NCBI GenBank assembly: GCA_963704905.1
Contig: CAVPHZ010000002.1
Coordinates: 364,905 to 428,904 of the forward strand
Source: Candidatus Chisholmbacteria bacterium
GTDB taxonomy: Bacteria; Patescibacteriota; Microgenomatia; UBA1400; Chisholmbacteraceae
Length of the DNA stretch: 64,000 nt
Direction: 5' to 3'
Under the pieces are notes generated by a model. It was not told the DNA's origin and ran no database searches. It saw only the letters and a program-made list of their open reading frames with translations. Shown here piece by piece: positions 47,997 to 58,439 of the stretch. Every line of letters begins with the position of its first letter. The stretch's first letter is position 1. The position numbers and the translations under genes are program-made.

Positions 47997-50909
47997 TTAA
48001 CCTTCCTGCTCAAGTTCTGCTACTGCCTCTACCCAAGAAGAAACTACATCTTGATCTCCACTTCGAGTGAGATGCACTCCATCTTCACCAATATCATGCT
48101 CGACAGACAGGTCATTAAGTAAAGATACAGAAATTGGAGACTCGTTAGAGTTTAAAGTATTTGCCAACCTATCGATAGCCGTATTGTACTCATCCACCCT
48201 GGAGTTCCATTCTTGCAATGAAGGTGGAATATGGCTCAAAACTATCCGAATGCTAGGATTCTTTTCTCGAAGCAATGTAATTATTGATTCTAAGTTTGGA
48301 ATCACTTCCGATGAAATATCACGTCCTGCCGATATATCATTTGTCCCCACCTGCAAGAAAATGACATCAGGAATTACCCCATGCAATTCATTACTCCCAC
48401 TTACATGTAAATGCTCCCAATCCAAATTATGTAGATTGTTCAAAATATCTACTGTACTAGCACCACCATAAGCTTCATGAGGTACTTGGTTCTTTCCAAA
48501 ATGTTCTTGACTCCCGATAAACGACGCATCTGGATAATGTTGGGCCAAATATTCTGGTACCATTCCCCCAGAAACCATTGAATCTCCAATGATCATGATT
48601 CTGCTTTCCTCAACAGGGAATTGAGATAACGTCTCAGCTGTTTCAAGATGTTCAGGTGAAAGAACATCTTGCGAGTCTTCTTGAGTTGGTGTTTTTGTTT
48701 CTTCATTTTTCTGACCTTCACTCTCAGTGATAGCTTCCTTATTAGTTGTTGGAACTTCCATTCCCTTCCCTTTTAGAAGCTCGGCAACCTTTAACCGAAG
48801 TGTTTCCCAATATGATAAGGACCGCTCAGAATGTACAACAGCTTGCTCTTGCCCCTCCATAACGAACTTCGTTCCATCACTGACAATCCGCACATCACTC
48901 TCAGGATTAGCACTTAACGCAAATTTATCAATATCCGGCATCAGCTCATCACTACCTGCAGTATTAGCAGTGACTTTAATCAGATCACCCCATCGTCTCA
49001 GATCTTTAAGAATGTCAGCAAATGATGCCATGTACAATTTCAGCATCTGGGTTAAATTCACCGGAACATCTCGGCCCTGGCTATCTGCAATATCCACATC
49101 CCAGGTCAGGCGTAAATCCTGTCGTTCCTCGCTTTCCAGATCCCGTACAGTTTGAACCACCCGTTGGCCAAGTGAAAGCAATTTCTCAGGATTATTAACA
49201 AAATGATCCCTGCCAATATCTATCAACAACTCAACAACATCCATTTGCCTGGCCTCCCTGTGAAACGTTGAGGTAGTCTTTCGCTCTCGCACAAAATTTA
49301 ACAGTTCTTCTGGAGTCAGCTCATATGTTTGTCCTTCCTCAAAAGAGATGTCAAGGTTTCTGCTGTAGTATCCCTGTCCCTCCTCAATGGTTACTGGGAT
49401 TTTATTGCCAAAAACAGTTCGCGCGATGGAAGTGAATGCATCAAAGTTGATTTCGAGCATCGCATCAGCAGGCAATCCCGTCGCATCTTCAAAAATTTCC
49501 CGCGCTACACTTGGATCAAGAAATTCGTATCGGCCTTCTTTTTCTAGTATATCCTGGTCGACCCACCAGGCAGTATTAATCGGTCTCCCATCAAGTTCTG
49601 GAACACGCAGATCCCGGTTAATCGAAATCATTTGGATGTCTCCATCAGTGGGGTCAACAACCAAACCGATGATCGTATCGCCCCGGCCTTCTCCCTCAGC
49701 AGTATCTTTCCCTACCAGCCAAAAAACCATTCCGTCCCAGTTGAGCATCTCTGTCCCTACAGCAGCCTCAAACTTCTCCTGTTGATCTAGGGTCATTGCA
49801 TTGTAGCGGTCATGCCGGGCTTCCTGGATTTCTGAAAGCAATGGCGAGAAAACAAATTCATAAATATTCGTTGCTTCATGTGGCACTTGCTCTTGATTTG
49901 TCACATGTTCTGCAACATGTGTATCAGTACCACTTTGTAAGCCGTCAGTGTGGTTATCGATAACATGTTCAGGCTGCAACCCACCATGGTGTACTTGCTC
50001 TTCTGACAGACCCCCTCCACCTGTCAGTCCTTCAGAGAGAATTTCATCAAGATCATCACTTTCCAAACCATGAATATCCAGCGCATCTACCGGTGAATCA
50101 TCAGCCAAGCGGTCGACGATGGTCTCAAAAAGATCACTTGCAGCATCTCCAAGAATTTCACCAATATGTGGATGGTCGGATTCTTCGGTATCAGGAAGCA
50201 GAAAATCCGAGGCAGAGTGATACCCTCCATGTCCTTCGATAAGCTGTTGTGTAACACCGGAAAACGCTCCGGTCATAATCATTGCTATCCGAAGTGAATT
50301 CATTACTTTTAACCGTGTTCCATTGGTTTTTGGCTTATCTCTCGGCCATTCCTGCTCAGCCACAGCAATAAGATGTTCTTCATACTTCCTGGCCCATGTT
50401 CCGGCTGGTAAAGACGGAACATCTTGTTTTCGTATGCCTTTGGCAACTCCCTCAATTCCGGCTCGAATTCCCAGCAATCGGCCCTTCAACCCCTGTTTCT
50501 TTTTACCTTTCTCAACCTTGAGTTTTTTCTTCATCGGTTCTGAAACCCAGCTTTCTTCAAGAAGCCGGTTGATATGATCAACATCATCAAGGAGCCCAAT
50601 ATCCCCCCAAACCTCCCGCAGGCCTTCAACTAAATCTTCCTCGGTTTGAATATCAGGAAGCATTGCACGAATTTTGCTTTGAACTTGTTCCCGCTGGGGA
50701 ATTTCCATTCTCAAGCCATTCAGATCCATTCGCACCTTCTCCGGGAGTGCTCCAGCCTGGTCTATGACTTCAAGTTTTGAAAGCTGATCCTTTCTGTAGC
50801 TCGAGCAAAAACCTTGGCTCCTCCGCTTCAAAGCGAGCCCGGAATAGCGCCTTGTGCAAAGTCGTCTCAAAGGTTTTCCGAACAGCCGCTGTCGATGCGT
50901 TGACATCAA
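47997..50909 (-). CDS. large envelope protein: LytR-CpsA-Psr (LCP) domain fused to C-terminal SGNH/GDSL hydrolase domain
   Basis: LCP-like region (GDTIIGLVVDPTDGDIQMISINRDLRVP) and SGNH region (IMIIGDSMVSGG...GTNDI...DGVHLT). Start uncertain; the track ORF overlaps the upstream gene by 140 nt. Confidence 0.5.
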   Translation of the reverse strand: MMSTHRQRLFGKPLRRLCTRRYSGLALKRRSQGFCSSYRKDQLSKLEVIDQAGALPEKVRMDLNGLRMEIPQREQVQSKIRAMLPDIQTEEDLVEGLREVWGDIGLLDDVDHINRLLEESWVSEPMKKKLKVEKGKKKQGLKGRLLGIRAGIEGVAKGIRKQDVPSLPAGTWARKYEEHLIAVAEQEWPRDKPKTNGTRLKVMNSLRIAMIMTGAFSGVTQQLIEGHGGYHSASDFLLPDTEESDHPHIGEILGDAASDLFETIVDRLADDSPVDALDIHGLESDDLDEILSEGLTGGGGLSEEQVHHGGLQPEHVIDNHTDGLQSGTDTHVAEHVTNQEQVPHEATNIYEFVFSPLLSEIQEARHDRYNAMTLDQQEKFEAAVGTEMLNWDGMVFWLVGKDTAEGEGRGDTIIGLVVDPTDGDIQMISINRDLRVPELDGRPINTAWWVDQDILEKEGRYEFLDPSVAREIFEDATGLPADAMLEINFDAFTSIARTVFGNKIPVTIEEGQGYYSRNLDISFEEGQTYELTPEELLNFVRERKTTSTFHREARQMDVVELLIDIGRDHFVNNPEKLLSLGQRVVQTVRDLESEERQDLRLTWDVDIADSQGRDVPVNLTQMLKLYMASFADILKDLRRWGDLIKVTANTAGSDELMPDIDKFALSANPESDVRIVSDGTKFVMEGQEQAVVHSERSLSYWETLRLKVAELLKGKGMEVPTTNKEAITESEGQKNEETKTPTQEDSQDVLSPEHLETAETLSQFPVEESRIMIIGDSMVSGGMVPEYLAQHYPDASFIGSQEHFGKNQVPHEAYGGASTVDILNNLHNLDWEHLHVSGSNELHGVIPDVIFLQVGTNDISAGRDISSEVIPNLESIITLLREKNPSIRIVLSHIPPSLQEWNSRVDEYNTAIDRLANTLNSNESPISVSLLNDLSVEHDIGEDGVHLTRSGDQDVVSSWVEAVAELEQEG

Positions 50910-51621
50910 TCGTACCGCCCAGGGCAGAAATCATGAGTTGACTCAATCGGTTACTTACTTGTTCAGGGTCACCCAGTACCTGGCTCAAATTGGAAATATT
51001 CTTGAGGCCTTCAGTGGCCAATTGGTCTGAAAATGTATGAAAGAGCAAATCTTGGGACAATGAATCATCTGTGAATGATTGAACCTCCATAAAAACCTTA
51101 TGTCCCAGTGGTCTCATCATATTTTCAACAAAGGCTCTAGGGAGAGCCTTGTACTGATCGATATTCGCAACAGCATCAACCACTGAATTCCAAGGGCTGT
51201 TTGTGGCTTTTATTGCTTCTTCGGTGTTGATCTGCTCAGCCCTGAGCAACCGCATTTCGAGTGATCGGACGGTGAGATAACTGAACTTTTGTTCATCCGT
51301 GCGTTCAGACGCCTTTACATTTTGGTATAGATCTTTTAGATCCTTAATGTACTGCCGAATATCTTGAAAGCGAAGATTACCTTCATCGTCTTCCAATCCT
51401 AAATCACGCATTCGCTTCTTGATAAATATTCTGCCATCTTCAGTCAATCGCGAGGTTTTCTTGCCGTGCTTTCTTTCTTTTGTATCAATGAATGTTGAAA
51501 AATCAGGTGTTTCACCTGAGGCTATGCCATGGACATCGGGGGTTACAACCACCTCTTTACCAACAAACAGATCTCCGCTTGGCTTAGGTCGAACACGAAC
51601 ATCAGGTGGTGCTTCTGTCAT
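50770..51621 (-). CDS. hypothetical protein
   Basis: 283-aa ORF. Confidence 0.35.
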   Translation of the reverse strand: MTEAPPDVRVRPKPSGDLFVGKEVVVTPDVHGIASGETPDFSTFIDTKERKHGKKTSRLTEDGRIFIKKRMRDLGLEDDEGNLRFQDIRQYIKDLKDLYQNVKASERTDEQKFSYLTVRSLEMRLLRAEQINTEEAIKATNSPWNSVVDAVANIDQYKALPRAFVENMMRPLGHKVFMEVQSFTDDSLSQDLLFHTFSDQLATEGLKNISNLSQVLGDPEQVSNRLSQLMISALGGTIDVNASTAAVRKTFETTLHKALFRARFEAEEPRFLLELQKGSAFKT

Positions 51622-51628
51622 AGGTTCT

Positions 51629-52024
51629 CTACCGTCGTTTAATTGTTGTGATGAGGAGGTTATTGATAAAATGATCGACTCGCCTGTCGAGTCGATATCG
51701 AAACTCCTTTTCCTCTGGTAGATTGCGCAGTATTATACTATAGGTTTTCTTAAAAGTCAATAGTGGTTCACCCTTTATTATGTCGATCTTTTCTATCTCT
51801 TTCCTAATTGTTTCGAGTGTTTTCTTGTCCAGCTGTTCTTCAATGAATCGCAGTATTTCCTTATATACTTCCGCGTAAATACGATAATACAAAGCGTCAT
51901 CCTCTTCCCTGCTTCTCACTCCAGCATAAATCTGGAATCGGTTTTTAATTCTTCTGTCAATCGAAGTATTCATTAGAAAAGTATAAAGACTTTTACTTAA
52001 AATATCCAAAACCAGGATAATCAC
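51629..52024 (-). CDS. hypothetical protein
   Basis: 131-aa ORF. Confidence 0.35.
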   Translation of the reverse strand: MIILVLDILSKSLYTFLMNTSIDRRIKNRFQIYAGVRSREEDDALYYRIYAEVYKEILRFIEEQLDKKTLETIRKEIEKIDIIKGEPLLTFKKTYSIILRNLPEEKEFRYRLDRRVDHFINNLLITTIKRR

Positions 52025-52089
52025 CTGCTCAACTCAGGTTCAAATCTGGGAATTATGTTCCTTGACACAATCCGAAATACTCTGATATA

Positions 52090-52347
52090 GTGCGACTTAA
52101 TATGGCTGTAAGTGATACAGGAAGCCTCGGTAGGAATAGAAAACAACTGTCACTTGAGAGCCTGCCTGATCTTCTCACTGTCCGTGAGGTTGCGGAACTC
52201 CTCCGAGTCTCTCCGCTCACCATTAAACGCTGGGGCAAACGTGGAAAGCTCCCAGCTATTAGGATCAATTCCCGCGGCGATCGCCGCTACCGCAAGGAAT
52301 CTGTCTTGTGGCTGCTGGGAATGAGTCCAAAAACGCAGGAAGAGTAA
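52090..52347 (+). CDS. helix-turn-helix DNA-binding protein (excisionase/HTH_17 family)
   Basis: LLTVREVAELLRVSPLTIKRWGKRGKLPAIRI. Confidence 0.5.
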   Translation: MRLNMAVSDTGSLGRNRKQLSLESLPDLLTVREVAELLRVSPLTIKRWGKRGKLPAIRINSRGDRRYRKESVLWLLGMSPKTQEE

Positions 52348-52351
52348 TCAT

Positions 52352-53263
52352 CTACTGAGAATTTCCATTCTCTTGTAAATGACGTGCAACATCTGCAGGA
52401 TCCGCAATATTTACGCGGAGTCCTGTCCCCATCTCAAACCCAGCTCTATGAATGAGCCGAGGGATAATCCGTAAATACCAGCACTCTCCGGGGTAAATAT
52501 AATAGTTATAATTCATCTTGGGAAAGCTTTTCAGCAGCCGCTGCAGCATGTCTTGTAATAGTCGGGCAAATTCAGGAATCTGATCATCACCAATCCCACC
52601 AAAGAAACAGGCAGGTCCTTTGTCATGTTCTCGCTGGCAGCAGTGCTTCGGAGCGATCCAAACTTCCCATGGCCATTGAGAAAAATCTGGTGCCCAGGCA
52701 ACAAACTGCTCCTTCTCTACAATAAGATTATTCACAGCCTCAATCGTCAATACGTCGAGGGTAAGGTGATGCGGCACATCAACAATCTGCGTATGAGGAT
52801 GTCGCAAGCTCGCACCAGCATCCTCCCCGACATTGTTAAAAATAATCACCTGCCCATGCTCTCGGAGTGCTTGATATCGTTCTTGATAGACTTTAATGAT
52901 CACCTCCACATGGTCTGGCGGAAACTGCGGAATATCGAGGAGATGATCAGGAGAATGGATGATCACTTCATGAAGATCAGTGATGGGATACTTATTAGGA
53001 ACCACACGGACAATCCAATTCGAATCATGGGGATCGCTCTTCCCCCACCGGTAAATCTCAGGGGGCGTTCGATCTTCATTTCCATAGCAAAACGGGCAGT
53101 CATCACTGTGATGATATCCATCTTTCATGGGAAATTCATCAGCTTCACTTGTGATAACCGTCTCACCGATAATATCCTTATCTTCCTCTTTTGGCCGTGC
53201 GCTCCGACCCGGAGCGATCACCACCCACCGCTTGCTGTTAACATCAGGAACAAATTTCGCCAT
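52352..53263 (-). CDS. galT: galactose-1-phosphate uridylyltransferase-like (HIT family)
   Basis: Zn-site CPFC and HPH active-site motif (LRHPHTQI). Confidence 0.65.
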   Translation of the reverse strand: MAKFVPDVNSKRWVVIAPGRSARPKEEDKDIIGETVITSEADEFPMKDGYHHSDDCPFCYGNEDRTPPEIYRWGKSDPHDSNWIVRVVPNKYPITDLHEVIIHSPDHLLDIPQFPPDHVEVIIKVYQERYQALREHGQVIIFNNVGEDAGASLRHPHTQIVDVPHHLTLDVLTIEAVNNLIVEKEQFVAWAPDFSQWPWEVWIAPKHCCQREHDKGPACFFGGIGDDQIPEFARLLQDMLQRLLKSFPKMNYNYYIYPGECWYLRIIPRLIHRAGFEMGTGLRVNIADPADVARHLQENGNSQ

Positions 53264-53298
53264 GATTCTATAATATCAGGAATATTGAATCTTGATAA

Positions 53299-54630
53299 TT
53301 ATTTCCTACTCTTCCCCATTGCCTTCTGATAAAGCTTGACATACTCCTGAGCACTCATCTCCCAAGAAAAGTCTTTCTCCATTCCCTTTTTCACCATCCG
53401 CTTCCAATCATCATCTCTCCCAAAAACCTCTCTGGCTCTTTCAACTGCTTGAGCCAAAGCCTCAGAAGAATACTGGTCAAACAAAAAGCCGTTTTCTCCA
53501 TCAACAATGGTGTCTTTAAGCCCGCCAACCGCATGAGCTATGGGTAAGGTTCCATACTTCATCGCAATCATTTGAATTAATCCACACGGCTCGTATTTAC
53601 TCGGAATGACGAGCGAATCAGAACCCGCGTAAATCAAATGCGCTAATCGTTCATCATAGGTAATTTTCACCCGTACTTTATCTGGATATTGTTCCTGAGC
53701 ATTCCGCAGCGCATTCTCCAGTCCGGGATCCCCGGTGCCTAACACAACCACTTGCGAGCCATCAGAAACGATCTTATCCAAAGCCTGTACCAACACATCT
53801 ACACCTTTCTGCTTGGGATCAAGCCTGCCAACAAAACTAACCAGTAAACCACCATTCCCTGGCATGCCGATTTCTTGCAGCAATGCCGCCTTATTGTTCT
53901 CTTTGCCCTCACTCAAATTTTCTTTACCATATTGAAGCGCTAAAAACTGATCATCACTGGGGTTCCAAATTCCATAGTCAATGCCGTTTAGCACACCGAA
54001 AAGATCTTCCTGCCTCTGCTGTAGTTCTTGACATAACTCGGCACAGAACTCCGGAGTGAGAATTTCTTTGGCATAACTGGGAGAAACAGTATTGATAATA
54101 TCGGCAGTCAACACAGCCTGACGCAAACTCGTCCAGAAATATCCAAGATTATGAATAGTAAACAGCGTCGCTAGATTGGCTTTATCTTGATATCCCCATC
54201 GGTGAAGCTCACTGCCTGGCGCCAATTCAATCAGCGCCATCGCCCTGGAAACGTGCCAGTCATGGCCGTGAAGCACCTCAGGTTTCCATTCCCGTGACCG
54301 GATAAACTCGATCATTGACTCGGAAAAACGCTGGTAAAGCAGCTCTTCTTCACCCACATCAAGCTGAATTCCAGATCCCAAAGCCGTAGCAAACGTATCT
54401 TTTGCCAACAAAAATACCGGGACCTCACTCTCCCCTAACCGAGTTTCTCCAATACCCTGACGTTCTTGGACATTCCAGCGTGCAATATCAATTTCAGGAT
54501 GCCAGGGAAGGACTACCTGAACATCGACACCTAGCTTGTGTAATGCCAAAGGCAGGCTCCCGGCAACATCCCCAAGTCCGCCTTTTTTAAGCAGGGGTGC
54601 AGCTTCAGCAGCCGCAAACAACACATTCAT
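53299..54630 (-). CDS. glgA: glycogen synthase
   Basis: KKGGLGDVAGSLP motif. Start set at MNVLFAAAEA (ATG 54630); the track ORF extends further upstream. Confidence 0.85.
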   Translation of the reverse strand: MNVLFAAAEAAPLLKKGGLGDVAGSLPLALHKLGVDVQVVLPWHPEIDIARWNVQERQGIGETRLGESEVPVFLLAKDTFATALGSGIQLDVGEEELLYQRFSESMIEFIRSREWKPEVLHGHDWHVSRAMALIELAPGSELHRWGYQDKANLATLFTIHNLGYFWTSLRQAVLTADIINTVSPSYAKEILTPEFCAELCQELQQRQEDLFGVLNGIDYGIWNPSDDQFLALQYGKENLSEGKENNKAALLQEIGMPGNGGLLVSFVGRLDPKQKGVDVLVQALDKIVSDGSQVVVLGTGDPGLENALRNAQEQYPDKVRVKITYDERLAHLIYAGSDSLVIPSKYEPCGLIQMIAMKYGTLPIAHAVGGLKDTIVDGENGFLFDQYSSEALAQAVERAREVFGRDDDWKRMVKKGMEKDFSWEMSAQEYVKLYQKAMGKSRK

Positions 54631-54653
54631 ACAGAATTTACTATAATGAACCG

Positions 54654-56222
54654 GTGAATGAATTACAACGAAAAAGCGGTATCCTCCTTCATATTTCTTC
54701 ACTCCCCGGCCAGGAAGCCATAGGTACCCTAGGCCAACATGCACATGACTTCCTAGATTTCTTAAAACGAAGCGGCCAATCAATCTGGCAGATACTCCCC
54801 ATTCATCCAACCAACCGTCTCGGGTCACCATTTCAGGGCCCCAGTCTGTTTGCTGGAAATGAGATGCTCATCAACCTAAAATATTTACTCGAATATGGGG
54901 ATCTTACGGAAACCGAATACCAAGACTATCTTCACCATTGGAATGCAGCCAAAATCGAACAGGGGATGCACGACAGCCGGGTTGATTACGACTTCCTTTG
55001 GAAGTACAAACGCAACCACACGCTGGTAAGCGCCTTTTCCGGATTTCAAAAACGAGGTAACTCCACCCGGATGGAGCGCTTCAATGCATTTAAACAGGCT
55101 CAGCAGGAATGGCTCAACTCCTACACAAAATTTATGGCACTCAAAGACTGGTACGGCTGGGAAAAACCCTGGAACACCTGGGAAGATAAAGATAAATTCC
55201 AAAAGCCCGGCTTCGAAAACCATGTTAACGATGATGTGGTCGAAATGTTCAACTATCTCCAATTTATATTCGACGAGCAAATAACTAACCTCAAGAAAAA
55301 GGCACAATCCCTTGATATAGAAATAATCGGCGACCTCCCCATGTACCCGGCATATGATTCCAGTGATGTCTGGGCAAATCAAGATCTCTTCCAGCTGGAC
55401 AAAAAATCTGGCAGAATGAATTGGGTTGCAGCTGTTCCACCTGATAATTTTAATCAGAATGGTCAACTCTGGGGATTTCCCTTGTATAGCTGGGGTTTGA
55501 TCGGTTCAGCATCTGATCATAAAAAGGTCTATTCCTGGTGGCTGAATCGTTTTAAGAGAGAATTCCAGTATGTAGATCTGCTGAAACTCGACCATTTCCG
55601 CGGGTTCATTGCCTATGGCAGAGTCAAAGCATCCGAGCAGAATGCAAAACATGCCAAATGGATTCGTGGTCCGGGTGAAGAATTTTTTAACAGTATTCAA
55701 AAGCATCTTGGAGCACTACCATTCATCGCCGAAGATCTTGGCTTCTCCACGTTGGATGTCCATCAGCTGCAAAAAAAAGTAGCTCCTGGCATGAAAGTGT
55801 TTCTCTTCTCCGATCTCGGTAAAAATCTTGCAGACAACACTACCAATCCCAACCTCCCACACAACCTGGCTAAAGACCCAAACAGCGTCTATTACACAGG
55901 CACGCATGATAACCGAACGCTTTTACAATGGTTCAATAGGCTAAAAACAAACGAGAAAAAAAATCTTACTGAGTACCTTTCCACATCACCAGAAAAAGAA
56001 CTCAATTGGCAGGTAATCGACCGGATGTCTGCTTCGCAAGCACAGCGGGTCATCTTTCCCATGCAAGATATTCTATTTCTCGGACGCAAGGCCCGCATGA
56101 ACCAGCCAGGCAAAGCCCACGGCCAGTGGCACTGGCGAATGTCAACAGAACAGATGAAAAGTTTACCCAAGATATATGGAAAAAAGATGAACACACTTTC
56201 TACAAGGAACAATAGAAACTAG
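54654..56222 (+). CDS. malQ: 4-alpha-glucanotransferase (amylomaltase)
   Basis: SGILLHISSLPG N-terminal motif; GH77. Start uncertain: in-frame GTG 54654, 6 nt after a TATAAT, preferred over GTG 54597, which would overlap the glgA 5' end. Confidence 0.75.
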   Translation: MNELQRKSGILLHISSLPGQEAIGTLGQHAHDFLDFLKRSGQSIWQILPIHPTNRLGSPFQGPSLFAGNEMLINLKYLLEYGDLTETEYQDYLHHWNAAKIEQGMHDSRVDYDFLWKYKRNHTLVSAFSGFQKRGNSTRMERFNAFKQAQQEWLNSYTKFMALKDWYGWEKPWNTWEDKDKFQKPGFENHVNDDVVEMFNYLQFIFDEQITNLKKKAQSLDIEIIGDLPMYPAYDSSDVWANQDLFQLDKKSGRMNWVAAVPPDNFNQNGQLWGFPLYSWGLIGSASDHKKVYSWWLNRFKREFQYVDLLKLDHFRGFIAYGRVKASEQNAKHAKWIRGPGEEFFNSIQKHLGALPFIAEDLGFSTLDVHQLQKKVAPGMKVFLFSDLGKNLADNTTNPNLPHNLAKDPNSVYYTGTHDNRTLLQWFNRLKTNEKKNLTEYLSTSPEKELNWQVIDRMSASQAQRVIFPMQDILFLGRKARMNQPGKAHGQWHWRMSTEQMKSLPKIYGKKMNTLSTRNNRN

Positions 56223-56244
56223 TATGTATACTTGATAAAACACT

Positions 56245-56922
56245 CTACCCCGCACTCACTGTATCTTCAGGTGGCCGCTCGAGAATCAACCGCTGTGTCT
56301 CTCCTTCCGCTGCATCCATCCATTTAAACTGCGCGCCCTCAATCATGACTTTAAACTCTTCACCAACGGGAATATTTCCTCGTAAATTTCCCTCTTCATC
56401 AAGCTGCAACCGGGTATCAACACCCAGCTCTGTTTCATCACCTTTCTTCCACTCAGAGTGTCCACCAATAATGTTTGCCTCAATGCCTTCTCTTTGATCT
56501 TGCAATCCCTTCATAAGTACGGCTATTGGATGATCTTTAGACACCACCCCATTCTTTAGATCAATTCCTTGATATTCTCTTCCCTCCTCAAGTAGTGTGT
56601 TGTGGTGATCTCCAACTCCATCTGGTGTCAAACCAATAAATAATGTGTAATCTGCGCCGAGAGCCTTCCATCCTTCTCCTCTAACTTGACTCATCATCGC
56701 ACTCCCATCTTCAGTCATTTCACAACGGAGACCTTTTACCCCATAATTTTCAGCAGCTTCTACAAAGCGACCAAGAGGCTCAGCTGCTCCAGCCTCAACC
56801 TCTCGATCCTTCGTTTCAGCTTTCAATAGAAGGTGCTCTTTAAGCCATCTTTCTCGATGAGCTTTTTTTGCGCTTGGATAAACTCCTGATTCCTCTAATT
56901 TCACTATAAGAACATCATGCAA
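56245..56922 (-). CDS. hypothetical protein
   Basis: 225-aa ORF. Confidence 0.35.
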   Translation of the reverse strand: MHDVLIVKLEESGVYPSAKKAHRERWLKEHLLLKAETKDREVEAGAAEPLGRFVEAAENYGVKGLRCEMTEDGSAMMSQVRGEGWKALGADYTLFIGLTPDGVGDHHNTLLEEGREYQGIDLKNGVVSKDHPIAVLMKGLQDQREGIEANIIGGHSEWKKGDETELGVDTRLQLDEEGNLRGNIPVGEEFKVMIEGAQFKWMDAAEGETQRLILERPPEDTVSAG

Positions 56923-57005
56923 TAGATTCTCTAAGAGTTGACAATCTTGACAATAAATATTATAACTTCGCCAGATTATTCTCCTGCTCCTCCTGCAAAC
57001 TCAAG

Positions 57006-57992
57006 ATGAAACGCGTAATACTTTTCCTCTCCATTCTGCTCATCGCCTTTACTTCAGGATTAAACTCCCCAAGTCGTTCCTATTCTCAAGAACTTCTTCC
57101 CCAACCGATTCAGATCGAACCAATTACACCTCCAAAAAACGGAAGCTGCATCGTAGCCGGATGTTCCAGTCAGCTGTGCGTTGATTCAAATACCGGTCCT
57201 ATCTTCACAACCTGTGAGTGGCGGGATGAATACGCCTGCTATAAAGGAGCCGAATGTAAGTTGCAGGACAATGATCAATGCGGCTGGATCATGACCGACG
57301 ACCTCAAAACCTGTCTAGAGGGAAATCCAAAACCTACCCAACCTCCAACTAACCATCCTGTCTGTGGTAATCACATTTGCGAAGCCGGCGAAGCCGATGA
57401 ATCCTTCTGTCCCACCTGCGAAACCGATCCTTGTCCCCTGATGCCCTGTTGGTTCAGGTCCGGAACCTGCCCAAGCGACTGTACAAATACGATCCCGCCA
57501 ATCGAACCTCCCCTTCCAACCCCAACCTGCAGGCCAAAACCAAAATGCCTTGACACGGCGTTTCCCTGCGAAATCATGGAACCAGAGAATGGTTGGTGCC
57601 CAGAACCGCTACCTACGCTCCCTCCTATCTGCAGCCAAGATAAAAGCTGCCCTGATGGACAACTCCTTAACCAAGCATGCAAATGCGAACCCAACTCTCT
57701 ATCTAGAGATGCATCGGACGAAGCCGATAGCAACAATTCAGAAAATCAAAACAACGGCGAGGGAAAGAACCAATCTCAAAATCAAGAGGGTAAAGAAAGT
57801 GAGAACCAAGGTAATAATGAACAACAGAGTTACTCGCAGTATTTAGAGAAAAAGACACCGAACATTAACCTAATAAAAAATTCATTGGAAAATCTACTTT
57901 TGGCTAAATATCCTCAAGATACGTTCATGAAACGGATAAAAAATCTCCCTCGTCGTCTCTCCATTTACTACTACTGGTTCTTCTCGCAATAA
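57006..57992 (+). CDS. secreted cysteine-rich protein with Q/N/E-rich low-complexity C-terminal region
   Basis: Signal peptide. About 30 Cys residues in CxxxC/CxxC spacing, a P/T linker, then SENQNNGEGKNQSQNQEGKESENQGNNEQQ. Confidence 0.45.
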   Translation: MKRVILFLSILLIAFTSGLNSPSRSYSQELLPQPIQIEPITPPKNGSCIVAGCSSQLCVDSNTGPIFTTCEWRDEYACYKGAECKLQDNDQCGWIMTDDLKTCLEGNPKPTQPPTNHPVCGNHICEAGEADESFCPTCETDPCPLMPCWFRSGTCPSDCTNTIPPIEPPLPTPTCRPKPKCLDTAFPCEIMEPENGWCPEPLPTLPPICSQDKSCPDGQLLNQACKCEPNSLSRDASDEADSNNSENQNNGEGKNQSQNQEGKESENQGNNEQQSYSQYLEKKTPNINLIKNSLENLLLAKYPQDTFMKRIKNLPRRLSIYYYWFFSQ

Positions 57993-58143
57993 ATAACATA
58001 TTCGCACTAATTAATCCCGCTGAACACCCATGGTGATCACCTTAGAGTCCATAACTATGATAGAAAAAATTGATTCGTGACACTATCCGGATGGCATTAC
58101 CATTCGACACTAAATAAAGTTGCTTTACAGTGAGGTTTGAGTT

Positions 58144-58437
58144 TTGTACAATACAGCCAGATGGGCAGATGCTCGTTTTTTTATGCCTGATTCAATCCAT
58201 TTTGACCTCATACCCATTCTCGCACTTATCTTTGGTCTAGGAACATTCTGGTTTCTAGGCTTCTTCCTCATCTATCACCTCACTCGCTTCGGTATCGGTA
58301 CTTCTCCCAAGCGTCTTGCCTTCATCTTTCTCTCGGGAGCCTTGATTCTTACAATCATCACCGTTTTGTTCTTTACTCAAGTACAACTGTTAGACTTTGT
58401 GAGTGTCCCGCTTGATCTAGCATTGAGACACAGGTAA
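58144..58437 (+). CDS. small membrane protein
   Basis: 97 aa with 2-3 TM segments. Confidence 0.35.
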   Translation: MYNTARWADARFFMPDSIHFDLIPILALIFGLGTFWFLGFFLIYHLTRFGIGTSPKRLAFIFLSGALILTIITVLFFTQVQLLDFVSVPLDLALRHR

Positions 58438-58439
58438 AT

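Noticed and set aside
54597-54653. Track start of malQ at GTG 54597
   Set aside because: Would overlap the 5' end of the divergent glgA (true start 54630) by about 35 nt. In-frame GTG 54654, 6 nt after a TATAAT box, is preferred, though the exact start remains uncertain.
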